Made by a program: the position numbers and the translations under genes. Under the pieces are notes generated by a model. It saw only the letters and a list, made by a program, of their open reading frames with translations. It was not told the origin of the DNA and searched no databases. A DNA stretch of 62,437 bases, the filler included, from Porpidia crustulata (lineage: Eukaryota), in NCBI GenBank assembly GCA_964255105.1. It is 11 parts of 11 records of this genome, joined end to end, with 100 filler letters (N's around TTAATTAATTAA, not from the genome) between each part and the next. Parts side by side here need not be neighbours in the genome. Positions count along the whole stretch, not along the records: positions 1 to 5,616 come from CAXUWE010001759.1; positions 5,717 to 11,325 come from CAXUWE010001760.1; 9 more parts are not named here. One strand, given 5' to 3'. Positions 1 through 11,425 of the stretch are shown in pieces (the first letter of the stretch is position 1; every line of letters begins with the position of its first letter).

Positions 1-2831
1 GGGGGGGCGCGGTTGTAGAATGCGAGGATTTCGTCGCGGACTGAGGCAGGCAGGGCGTCGAGGGTTTCGGGGTCGAGCTGTGATTGGGTTGGAAGGGTGT
101 TGTGGGTCATGGTTGGGGACTGGGAGCGATTCTCAGCGCCCGGTGTGGATGTTTGTCGGACGGCCGACGTGTCAGTTTTCTTAGGTACAAATCTGGATCT
201 AATGTCGTCTGGTAGCTCTGCGAGGACTTCAGGATCGACTTGGGTAGGAAGGAGGAATTGAGTACCAAGAGTATTCAACGGCTTGCGGTGATGGTCACTG
301 GGCGATCTCTCGGATTTCAAGGCGACCATTGAGTGGAGGGATGGGCTTCGGGGTTTCTTTGGACTGTCTTCAATGCCGTCTGTGATATTGTCTATTTGTG
401 GGATAGATGGCTTCTGCGTGACAAGAGGCTTCAGTGATGCAATAGGCGTTTGAAATTGAAGACGCTTTTGGCTGCTTTCGAGAGGGTATTCAGCCGACCC
501 TTTCAGCGGTTCCAGCCTTGTCATTTGCACTCCTATGCCTCTGAGTTCGCCTGGCGAGAAGCCCCACCCTCGCATGATTATAATAGCTTCTCGGCCCAAA
601 ACCTCTTTGTCGTTCGTGGCAACCCCTAGAACGACGCTCTTGTTGAAAGTATCGCATTTGCCATGGCCCAGGTGCTTGGGTGGATCGAGGGGCGCATCTG
701 CAGCCCGTCTCATTACTTTCATAGTAAGCTGACGTCCTTTGACTTTCTCATTGGTGAGACGCTTGTGCAGCTCTTCGCACAGGCATTGAACAAATTCATC
801 AGCTTGCTCTTGGGTCACGAACCGTATACCCCAATTGACTTCGGCCGAGACAGATTTTCTAACGACCTGCTCTCCGACCTCGACACGGTCGATCCCTCGG
901 GAGTAATCCCATACCTTTTCTCCAGTCTTGGGTCCAAGAGTTGACATTAACCTCTCCTTAGTGAGCTCTCGTACATCTTTCACGTACTTCACACCAATTT
1001 CTTCCAACTTCCCTCCAATACTGTAGGCAACCCCCGGTAATTCCTGCACAGTCAGGCCACCCATAAAGTCAAGAACGTCCTCTGGTTTGACGTGGTACTG
1101 ACCGGCTGGTTTTGCTTTCCTAAGTGCAACCTTTGCTAGTAGAATATTGCCCCCGATCCCCACAGACACAGCGCAGCCCGTCATCCTCTTTACTGTCTCC
1201 CGAATCCCAAGCGCAATCTCATCTGCTTTAGCTTGCTCTCGCCAAATACTACCCTCAGCGATACCTTTGCCTTCATGTCCACCAGCAGTAATGCATTCTG
1301 CACTAACATCCACTAGAGCCTCATCAACGCTGACACTTTGCACAATACCTCCGGTCTCCATTATGGCAGCATAAAAATTTCGGCTAGCTTCCTCATATGC
1401 AGGGAAATCATAAGGAAGGACCTTCAAATCCGAACACATCTTCTGTGCATGCTTCATCCACATTCCATTCTTGATACCATATTTCCGGGCAGGATAATTG
1501 CAGCTCGCAATTTCGGAGCCTGAACCTCCGCCATGAGCTATTACAACCGGCTTATCAACAAGCTGAGGATAATTTTTGAGCGACACCGCGGCAAAAAAGC
1601 TATCGAAATCGACATGAAGCACATATCGCCTTGAGCCAAGGGGGCGCTTCTCCCTTGACTTTTGGGACGATGACTTCTCCGCAGCCAAAACCTGGAGCTG
1701 GGACTTGAGATCCGCTTTCCAAGTAGATAGATGATGTAGTCGCGACTCTTCATAGTATTGCTTTAAAAACCCTGGGTTCACAACGGTGGACTTCCATACT
1801 TTTGGGTCTGCAAGCAGCAAGGCATTATGCTCTTCGGCTGTCATAGCAGCTTCGCTGTATTTTACATGGCCATCACTGTTTTCCGGACCTAGAAGTATCT
1901 GGTCATTGACTGGTGACACTTCGGCTGGAGTTGAGTCACAATTTCCTATTTCGTCGCCTACAATCTTGCTATCTATCGCTGGAAAGTCTTCCGGAGTAGA
2001 CGATGTGGTACGTCGTGTCTTTTCTGGAACACTAGATACTGGAAATGTATCCGCATGTTCAGCACTTCCCATCTCCTTGGCATTCCATGTCTCGCTCTGC
2101 CCCTGGAATGCATTTTGTGTAGCATCTCCCAAGTCACTGCCTACAATTGGTATGCTCTCTTGATCATTATCACTCAGATTGGAATCCTCATGGAGAGCTC
2201 TCTGATTGCTTGGAAATGGAATTTCATAGTCGTCTCGACTCAGTTCGTCGGCCACGCTCTTAACCTGCTCTGTATACCAGCTAGTCTCGGTCTGATCCCT
2301 ATAACCCTGGCGTGGAGTGTTTGCCTGACTTGTGACATTGCCATTCTCAAAGTTTATGACTCGCTGCCCCACGCCTTCATCCAGCACTCTATAGTCGCCC
2401 CAGGGCAGTAGCTTCCCTGCTTTGACACTATCAACAATCCAAGCAGGCTTTACAATACGGTATCGCGCGAACTCAATTTTTTTCTTCGGAGTCAAAAGGC
2501 TAGCTATGATATGCGTTACAGTAGTCTTGCCATCCAAATACTGCATGAAACCGCCCCCATAGCTCACTATGAGATGGTGTAGGTCATTCAGGGAAGGCTG
2601 GGTATAGCCGTTGACGTGTGCGACGATACCACGAAAGACAGGAGGATTGTTCGTAGAGGAAGACCTGAGCTCAGAGTCGAGGTTCTGAAGCTTGATCTTC
2701 TTGCGCCGAAAATAATCGGTAAAGCCTCCAAACTTTGACGGTTCATATTCTTCCCCTTCTTCGCTCTCGAACTTATGGTTTTCGATCCTCTTGCGTACAG
2801 CAGATGAGTTTGTCTCGAGTCTTGAACCCAT
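1..2831 (-). CDS. REV1: Y-family translesion DNA polymerase / deoxycytidyl transferase Rev1 (3' end truncated by contig edge)
   Basis: Manual translation from ATG at 2831: MGSRLETNSSAVRKRIENHKF...DYFRRKKIKLQN, BRCT (VNGYTQPSLNDLHHLIVSYGG...VKPAWIVDS), N-digit SRLHHLSTWK (same frame as the ATG), HVDFDSFF, IASCNYPARKYG, SVDEAL, and UBM-like VDPEVLAELPDDIR. Missing from the ORF track, probably because it runs off the edge with no stop. Confidence 0.96.
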   Translation of the reverse strand, partial: MGSRLETNSSAVRKRIENHKFESEEGEEYEPSKFGGFTDYFRRKKIKLQNLDSELRSSSTNNPPVFRGIVAHVNGYTQPSLNDLHHLIVSYGGGFMQYLDGKTTVTHIIASLLTPKKKIEFARYRIVKPAWIVDSVKAGKLLPWGDYRVLDEGVGQRVINFENGNVTSQANTPRQGYRDQTETSWYTEQVKSVADELSRDDYEIPFPSNQRALHEDSNLSDNDQESIPIVGSDLGDATQNAFQGQSETWNAKEMGSAEHADTFPVSSVPEKTRRTTSSTPEDFPAIDSKIVGDEIGNCDSTPAEVSPVNDQILLGPENSDGHVKYSEAAMTAEEHNALLLADPKVWKSTVVNPGFLKQYYEESRLHHLSTWKADLKSQLQVLAAEKSSSQKSREKRPLGSRRYVLHVDFDSFFAAVSLKNYPQLVDKPVVIAHGGGSGSEIASCNYPARKYGIKNGMWMKHAQKMCSDLKVLPYDFPAYEEASRNFYAAIMETGGIVQSVSVDEALVDVSAECITAGGHEGKGIAEGSIWREQAKADEIALGIRETVKRMTGCAVSVGIGGNILLAKVALRKAKPAGQYHVKPEDVLDFMGGLTVQELPGVAYSIGGKLEEIGVKYVKDVRELTKERLMSTLGPKTGEKVWDYSRGIDRVEVGEQVVRKSVSAEVNWGIRFVTQEQADEFVQCLCEELHKRLTNEKVKGRQLTMKVMRRAADAPLDPPKHLGHGKCDTFNKSVVLGVATNDKEVLGREAIIIMRGWGFSPGELRGIGVQMTRLEPLKGSAEYPLESSQKRLQFQTPIASLKPLVTQKPSIPQIDNITDGIEDSPKKPRSPSLHSMVALKSERSPSDHHRKPLNTLGTQFLLPTQVDPEVLAELPDDIRSRFVPKKTDTSAVRQTSTPGAENRSQSPTMTHNTLPTQSQLDPETLDALPASVRDEILAFYNRAP

Positions 2832-3251
2832 GACGCTGAGTGACTGGCATCAACTCTTCGTACCCAAAGTGTCGTAAAGCATCAAATAACCCAGCACTGG
2901 ACCTGGGGAGTGTAGCGACATTTCTAGAGCTTATGTCACTATACAACTTGGATGCGCACACATTTGGCGTAAGGTGAACTGTGTGATGTTGAAGCGTGAA
3001 GATCGCCTTAGTAGAAAGTCGCGTCCACACTGCACTAGCGCCCAAGCTTTCCGATACACATCTGATAGCGTGAAAAAAAGTTCGAGCTATTTAGACTCGA
3101 GCTTCGCAAAGCACAACACAAAGTACCTTCGATATTTCTCGCTCAAAAGCGAATTCAGACACAAGTGTCTTGAGTTCAATCAACTCAAATACCTCTGAAA
3201 TTGACCAGGCATACCAGTGTGCCGTATAGTATATTCTGAGAGTTTGTTATT

Positions 3252-5110
3252 ATGTCGGCCTTACTGCCCGTCGCTGTCTACGGACTTAAAATTCCTGCTG
3301 GGAACGTATTGATCCCGGCTAACATTGATTTCCCTGCTACCGTGAATTTCCCTGGCTGAAAAGGCCCCCATAAGCTTCCCAAGATTAGAAATGAGCTTAC
3401 TTAGCTTAGTTCCGAATTACTATGGCTGCCATTGATCCAAGTGCTGTGCCAGACCATACTGGAACAGCCAATGGAGATACTCTCCCCAGATCAACATTGA
3501 AAATCATCTATGATCCCAACGGTCCTGGCGAGGATCAAGATTCCGAGGATGACTCCGAGGACGAGGATTACCTGGAGGGGCTTTTTAATCGTGCAGGGTC
3601 CGCTGAAGACGATGACGAGGATGAGTCGTCGGACGAAGAGGAGAAAAATGGCGGACCAAGTGACCCTTCAAAAAGCAAGAAAGCTCGAAAATTAGCGGCG
3701 GTGGCGCAGATGATGAAGGCTCTAGCTGAGGAAAAGAGCGACGACGTGACAAACGACGCTCCTACCGTAAATGGGGTGGTATCGGAGAAGAACAAGGGCA
3801 AAGCAAAGGCCACAGACCTGGACGAAGAAAGTAGCGATGAAGATGAGGAAGATGAGCTGCCTGAAATGGAAGAACTAGTCTTGTGCACTTTGGATCCGTC
3901 AAAGGTACGTTCAGAGTTGTGTGTTCTTGAGTTCAGCAGTTTTGATCTAAGCTCCAGAACTATCAACAACCTCTTGATCTTACAATTGGCGAAGACCAGC
4001 GTGCGTTTTTCAAGGTTTCCGGCACTCATGCAGTATACCTTACTGGCAACTACGTTGTACCGGCGGACGACAGCCACAATCATAAGCACGAAGTTTACGG
4101 TGACGATGATCCTGATAATTACGATCTCTCTCCTGATGAAGATGAGCTCGATGATGGTGAAAAGAGTGATGATTTGGACGATCTTGAGGATCCCCGGATC
4201 ATGGAGCTTGGGTCAGATGAAGAAGAGGCTCCTAAGCTTATCAAGAAGGAGGAGAAAGCGCCGAAAGGTAAGAATAAGCGGGCAGCCGAGGACTCAGATG
4301 AGGAGCCAACAAACCTTGACGACACTATTGCGAAATCTTTGAAGCCCGCGGAGCCAGTAACGAACGGAGAACCAAAACTTAGCAAGAAGCAGTTGAAGAA
4401 GCTGAAGAACAATGCCGGGAAGGCAGCGGAAGCGGGCGCTGAGACTTCTAGTGTCAAGAAGGACGAGAAGAAAAACGTGAAGAAGGAAGAAATTGCATCG
4501 AAAGACACCGCTAGCCCTAAAACAGACAAAAAAGTACAGTTCGCCAAGAACCTAGAACAAGGTCCTGCCGAAGCATCAAAAGACAAAAAAGCCGATGCCA
4601 AGGTAGATACCAAAGCAGGTGCTAAAGCGGATGCGAAACAGGAGCCCAAGAAAGACAGCGAGAAGCCAAAAGCCAGCCTTGGACCAAAGACAGTTCAAGG
4701 CGTCAAGATTGACGACAAGAAGCTCGGCCAAGGCCCTGCTTCCAAGAAAGGAAACAAGGTCGGCATGAGATACATCGGAAAGCTAGAGGATGGCAAGGTC
4801 TTTGACGGTACGTGTAATTCCCCAAACCTCGCCCCTTTTCCAAGATGAAATAACCAGACCCCCTCTCAACCTTGACGTATATACTCACGATCCTTTCTTC
4901 GTAGCGAACAAAAAGGGCAAGCCCTTTCAATTCAAGCTCGGTAGCGGCGAAGTCATCAAGGGCTGGGACATCGGCGTCGCCGGCATGTCCGTCGGCGGCG
5001 AACGAAGAATCACCGTCCCTGCGCACTTGGCCTACGGCAGTAAATCCGTCCCCGGGATCCCGCCGAATTCGACGCTCATCTTCGACATCAAGTGTCTTGA
5101 GATATCCTAG
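3252..5110 (+). CDS. FPR4: Nucleolar FK506-binding protein with nucleoplasmin-like N-domain, acidic tracts and C-terminal FKBP PPIase domain (Fpr3/Fpr4 family)
   Basis: Exons 3252-3341, 3410-3904, 3958-4807, 4905-5110 with frame-consistent GT-AG introns. Motifs [76 protein letters not shown]. Confidence 0.95.
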
Positions 5111-5616
5111 ATCCCCAGCTCCAATTTCGAGACTCCAGTACAAAACCCCCCTCCCCCATCAACAAACCATCGTATTCTCCCCCTTACCTTTCTCGCTCAT
5201 CCGATACCAAAACCGAGCTACTACGCTAGCGTGTTCATTTCCCGACGTACAGAGTCCCCATTTACGTTATGTTCATTCCTGGTCTTTTTTTCTGATGTTT
5301 TTTTTTTTTAACGAGATATCCGACTTGCATCTGCGGTCAAACAGCATAGCAGGGATGAGGATTCATTCTCCAGGGTCGGGAAAAGTTTGACGTGCTTTTG
5401 TTTGTTTTCGTTGAGGTATTGCAGGGGAATGTGGTGAGGGTAGGATAAGTAGGTAGATAGAATGGAGCCGTGATGGCTTTCTATATTTTTCACTCGAATA
5501 TCTATATCGACTTGAATATGACCAAGGATCTCGCTATTCAAGGGGACTCAGCTACCTAAAAGTGGATTTCGGTGGTAGCTTCGCCCAACCCAGCGCGCCC
5601 CTTCCAGAGCCAGATG

Positions 5617-5716
5617 NNNNNNNNNNNNNNNNNNNNNNNNNNNNNNNNNNNNNNNNNNNNTTAATTAATTAANNNNNNNNNNNNNNNNNNNNNNNNNNNN
5701 NNNNNNNNNNNNNNNN
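5617..5716. other. Artificial contig spacer N44-TTAATTAATTAA-N44 (also 11326-11425, 17032-17131, 22718-22817, 28402-28501, 34084-34183, 39764-39863, 45438-45537, 51111-51210, 56777-56876)
   Basis: Identical 100-nt block occurs ten times; the 12-mer gives stops in all six frames; genes are cut abruptly at the spacers. Confidence 0.99.
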
Positions 5717-8546
5717 GATTTACGCAAATGGGGGAATCATGAGATGGATGGAGAAATTTGACTATGGTGTCACTTTCGTAAGATATCAAGGCGACGGTCG
5801 AATAATCTATGCGCTTCTGGAGCTTTTGGCTATATAATAATGTGACGAGCATTCTATCCAATCCTTTCCATCACCTATCGAGAATGGGCGAGTAGAAGTA
5901 AGTGTATGGAGCTAGCAGTTGGAAATATACCTTATTGCATGCTTCACAGGGCGACATGGCCACTCCACTCCACTCATATAAAAATCTAAGCAACTTTTAA
6001 TTCCTAGCGAAAGCCAGACCAGAAAGACTGCAACAACCACAACACGTTCTACCACTGACTGAAATGCCATCTACCCAATACTTCGTGATGGCGGCTTTTT
6101 TGATTTTATACGGATTATCATGTGAACACGGTTTCTTTCAGTGTGATCGCTTTGGGGGATGATATTTGTAAGAAGGAGAAATAGTGCGCTTACGGTGAGA
6201 TCGCTGCGATGAGAGAGCGGTCGCTTTTGGAAGATGGCGATGTAGATTGGTTCGTTCTGCGATTTGCTTCCTTTTGGTCTTTGATGCTTGGATGTTTCTT
6301 AGCGGTTGTAGCTTTTGCTGGGTATATTGTTGGGAATCTCGATTTTCTTAGATCGGGGGCTTGTCCCGTCGTTGTACGTTGCTGATACACACACAGCTTC
6401 GTCTCCTCCGTCTAGGAGGCTCCCGCTGTTTCTCGTTATCACCTATTTATAATCGTGTATGCATCCTAACGGCTTATACTCAGATACGCCGTCGGCGCCA
6501 CAGGGCGGATCCCGTCAGCATGCAGAATCTCATCTCCAGCTCCGTGGTCTCTCAAAATCCGCCTCAGGATCTCCTCGTTGGTGCGTTTCATGTCTTTTGC
6601 CTTGATCCACATTGGATGCTCATTGTCGTGTAGGTACAGATAGGTGTAGTACACGGTGACATCGGTCAATGGTGGGTTTATCTGGAATTTCTCGTTTAGG
6701 ATTGACGTGACGATGTAAGGGGGGAGACAGAGTCGAAAGATGCAGAGATAGAGCAGTTGTTTTTGGCTTAATTCAAGACTTCGGTTCTTTACAGCGGCGG
6801 ATCTTAGAAAGGGAGGCATTTGGTGGGTCGGTTCATACGGTAGAGAAAGAATGATGCGCAAAAGAAGCTTGATTATGTCAAGTATAAATAAAGTAAGGAC
6901 ATTGTGTTGCCTAGCGCCTAGTGATCCCAGTGATAACAGAGGTCAACAATGTGAGTAAAAGTGAAGGACGCAGTGACTGTAAAAGCCCAAGAATAGGCAG
7001 CAGACTTAAACGGGCCATGGAAGACAGTTCAAAAATAAATCAATAATCAAATGAGGATGTACGTGAAGCTAGAAGTGTCGACGGTAATGGACCGCTTGCC
7101 CACTCGATGGCCACAACTGGAGAAGAGGATTGAAGGAGAGAAGTACACGACCTCGATTGCCACACTCGTTCTTCGCTCCTTGAGCCACACCAGAATCAGA
7201 GATGATCTGTAGCCTAGGCAAGATTATAGTGCCGTTGTGCATACTGAAGAACAAGTCGGAACAGATCCGTAAGCTCAAATGTCATCGCCTTCACCAATTT
7301 CGAAGGTTCCGGCGTTGGATAGTACAGAATTTAGTATGTTTTGTTCACTGTTCCTTCGTTCGAATGCTTGAACCGAAATTATTGACCATCCCCCTATTAT
7401 ATCCACCTCATTTGGACCAGTAGTTCCCCTCATATAGAAACTGCTGCCTCCTATAAGGCTTGAACAGAATCGTCTCTGATAATTCCTGTGGGAGGTAATT
7501 GGAAGCTTCACATTGAGGTGATGTGATCAGGAATATCGCAATAGCAATATTCATCATCTGCGTATTCATTCAATTGTTGAGAAGCGCTAGCATATCTTCG
7601 GAGGCTTCAGAAAACTACGCTGTCATTAGCATACGTATGCCATTCATGACAATTCGAGTACACGATACCTTAGCCGCTCAGGATCCATGCCCATAGTTTG
7701 CCCAGTTCACCTAGAGAAGGACTCCAAGACCTGTCACCTAAGCAAGTTCGGAGCTTCACTATTGATAATAGTCATGGGGCGTAGAGTATCTGTTCCATAG
7801 TCTGATGTCATCGTCCATCTTAGAGCATACCTGAAGCTGGGAAAAGCTGGCTCTTGAAATTCGAACGGACAGTTGGACCGTCGCAATACTTGTGCTCAAG
7901 AATATGTCCATTGGAAATACCATCAAGAGAAAAGCTCCACCATAGACGTTGGATCTTGCTCAGCCAAAGACAGTACGCGATATATGTTGATAAGTTGGGA
8001 GAAGACGTTTAGTGAATGAAACGTATTTGAAAGGATTATCAAGCTAGGAGATAAATCATGTTCTTCATCGATCAAACCGGAAATAAGAGTCACTGAATCA
8101 CTTGATATAGGAATGATGATATCCTCAGCATCAAGGGGTAAAGTGTGTGACTATATAGACTCTTTGGGTCAAACAAGCGGAGCCCGTGAAATGTCGGACC
8201 GTGTACTGGATTCTACAACTTTGACTGTTAGCTTCGGGAAGTCGTGAACAGCGGTACAGCCCAATAACTCACTCAATATTCCTTCCAGTCTGATCTGCTT
8301 TGTACTTAGCTAGAGTAGAAGGCCATCGTTTATAGGTGTGATAGAGTACGCAAATCCATAGACTGTGGACCAAAGCCTTGATGACTCCGCCTAACTGTAT
8401 CCGAAATAGATAGATAAGATACCACGATACCTCTCAATAAATACATACTTAGGCGCGTTTCCGATCCACCACCCACCTCTCACCTCACTCACTGACACAT
8501 TTCACCTACTTCCTTACTTCATGGGAGACACCTTAGAATTAGAGCA

Positions 8547-10932
8547 ATGAGTGCTTCTGCTGGTCTCAAGCCAGAAGCCAGCCAAGGCGCGACTGCCCTA
8601 CTTCAGACCCTCGAAACGAGCCTAGATGATCTAAGGTCTCTTGTCACGTGTCGAATTTGTGTCCGACCTCTTTACGAGCCTTACACTATAGAATGCGGCC
8701 ATACCTTTTGCTATAGCTGTCTTCGCCAGTGGTTTGACAAAGACCGCACCAAGATCACATGTCCTGACTGCCGTTCTGATGTGATACGACAACCAGCTCC
8801 TGCATATCTAGTGGGTCTAGTGCATCTTGTCTTTCACGTACGACTGACCTCTTTCTCAGGTGCGAGAGATAACTCAGATATTTCTGAGTCGGGCAGAACT
8901 TGTGCCTGCGGGAGAGACCATCGAGGAGCACCGGCGAGTGCAGCAAGATGAAGCCGGGGTTATAGAGCTAGACAAAGCCACTCAAACTGCTGGTGGTTTA
9001 GGCCTCTTCAAAGGCCGTTTTGCATACTTGGCATGTCGTTCTCGTCGGATGCCATCAGTCATCAGAGACGTTCAAGATGGTGTCGATAGGTGCCCAATTT
9101 GCACCTGGGAACTCGAAGAGGGTGAATGTAAGCCTGATTTCCAATACTCGCAGGACCACTGAAGAGTCATGAGAGAGATTCCCTTCATAAGTCATGCACG
9201 TGGTGCATTGGCCATACGCTCGCCCCACAAAAGCAAAGCTAACTCAAAGGGATTTATAGGTGGGCAATGTGGTTTCCCAGACATTCATGATTCGGCTCTT
9301 TCGAGTGGCCCTCTGAGCGAAGGAAACTCATATTATGACGGCGAACAAGGTCCATGGAGCCGCAGAGTCGACCTTGAGGATGCAGACTCTGGGATGGACT
9401 TCTTTTCGGAAACATCCTCTAGATCCAGAATTACCACCAATCGAAACATCATCGACCTCAATCGCCGTGGCAGAGCTCGTCCTCTCTCGGAGGCTTCCGA
9501 TGTGTTTTACAGCTCGGATGACGAGGACTCAAGTTCGCTCGACGATTTTGTCGTTAGAGATGTAGAAGGGCGACTTCGTTCAAATGAGGAGCCTTCGAGA
9601 TCCTTACCCCCTCGTCTGGACTCTGATGACTGGTTGTCTTCACGAGCTGCGTCTTCGCACATGGATTCACCAAGTACGCGTTATGATACCGAGGACGTCA
9701 CCGGTATAGATGATCAATCTAGCGTAGCCACATACCCATCGGACGACGGTTCTCCCAATGAAAGTTTACTTAGTCAAATCGACGTCAGTAGAGGCCCGAT
9801 TCGAAGAACACAGTTGAGTGGAAATCGTACAGGACAGGGCCAAGCCAGAAGACTTGGGATGCGAGCAAACAGAAGACAAAATCGCTCACATCAAGATATA
9901 GGATCACCAATTCGTAGGAATATCCAGGAAGAATCACAGAACGAGTCCGATGCTATTCCTATTGTCCGCGCTCGGAGGCGGGCGCACGCTCAAAGACTCA
10001 GTAGTTCCTCCGACTCTGACAGTATGGATCCACGATCGAATATCTTTCAGGGGCCTTCCCTTTCTCGAATCAACCGGCCAAGGCATAACAGTAATAACTC
10101 GGGACGTAGCATCTCTCCAGTGTACCCTGATCCTGTTAGGAACGAAAGGGGTTCGGGCTCAAGCAATGGGACACCCCGAGGGGTCCCGATAGAGATTGCG
10201 AGTGATTCAGACCCTCCGATACCACTTCACCGTTCACGTAGACGGCGTGTGACTAGCCAAGATTTCTTTAGTGACAGTCAAGTATCGACTGCAGCTGCCA
10301 TGGGCGGTCGAACACACGCCTCTCAAAGCAGTAGTGGGACAGCAACTATTGGACGCCAGTCCCCAGCACTCGATACAGCAATGACGTCAAACCTACCTCG
10401 ACCCTCTCCTAGGGGGCATGCAAACTCGCCCATCCTTATTGAAGCAAGGCCTACAAGAACACAAGAGACTCGTTTTGATCCACCGGCAAATCGACGGAGC
10501 GAGTCGTTTGGATCACCCAACGAAGCCCCCAGTGTCTACGTCTCATCACCGGCTTACACTGAGAATACGCCACATCCCAACGCTCATATCTCCATTCCAC
10601 CACGAAGTTCGCCACGTCCGCGACCTGGAACTCGTCGAAATCCTCCAAGTGCCACTCATCAGCCATCAGGAAGTCCTTCACGTAGCCCAAGGTTAACAGC
10701 CAACCTTAATCACCGTACCATCCGCCAAAACTCAATCGGCGAAATCTTATCCAGTGCCGAGCGGAGACACCAGCAAGCAAGCGACAACGCCGCGATACGC
10801 AGATCTGCTAGGAAAGCCAAGCAGAAGCAGTTGAAGCGTGAGCGCCGGCAGAGAGATCGGCGGGCTGAATTGAGTGTTGATTCTCCAAGTAACGAAGCCA
10901 TGGCCGCCGCGGCATATCATCGACGTTGGTAA
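8547..10932 (+). CDS. C3HC4 RING-finger E3 ubiquitin ligase, Psh1-like, with a second Cys4 zinc motif and a long disordered Ser/Arg-rich tail
   Basis: Exons 8547-8810, 8860-9127, 9260-10932. RING CRIC...CGHTFCYSCL...CPDCR; the spliced motif CPICTWELEEGECGQCG is rebuilt across intron 2. Confidence 0.85.
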
Positions 10933-11425
10933 AACGGGAGCGGTCTCGTATGCATGACATGTTTTAGGGGTGTATGGAATTTGGAGGAGGCGCTTTGCAT
11001 ACTTTGCATACCCATAGCCGACATCGGTTTGCTTTGGCAGTTTTAGAGTGCTTGCGAGATTGTGTGCGATGGGCTGGGTTCACGGCGGTAGGGACTTGGG
11101 CTTTTATTGTGGAATGTATCTTAGATATCCAGTCGCTCGGTGCATGAACACTTTAACAGTGGCAGCTGGCGATGTGATCGGACCAGGTGCGTTCTCAGTG
11201 TTTCGGTGAGAAGCCTAGGGTTCTGCTTGGGTTTTTCCATTGAATCCGGGGGGTGGTCCCAGTCAGACTTAATTCCCACCTTTACCTATCCTTATCATAC
11301 CCGCCATCACCCCCCACACTACCCGNNNNNNNNNNNNNNNNNNNNNNNNNNNNNNNNNNNNNNNNNNNNTTAATTAATTAANNNNNNNNNNNNNNNNNNN
11401 NNNNNNNNNNNNNNNNNNNNNNNNN

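Noticed and set aside
535..2411. Several plus-strand ORFs of 60-125 aa
   Set aside because: Antisense shadows of REV1 with no recognisable motifs.
5661..5672. Regularly spaced TTAATTAATTAA palindrome as a biological repeat or CRISPR-like array
   Set aside because: Always embedded in N-runs of fixed length; it is an artificial six-frame-stop linker.
6190..7511. Short minus-strand ORFs (e.g. 6466-6861)
   Set aside because: No recognisable domain and no convincing splice model (the candidate intron is only 37 nt); may be a decayed or orphan gene but cannot be supported.
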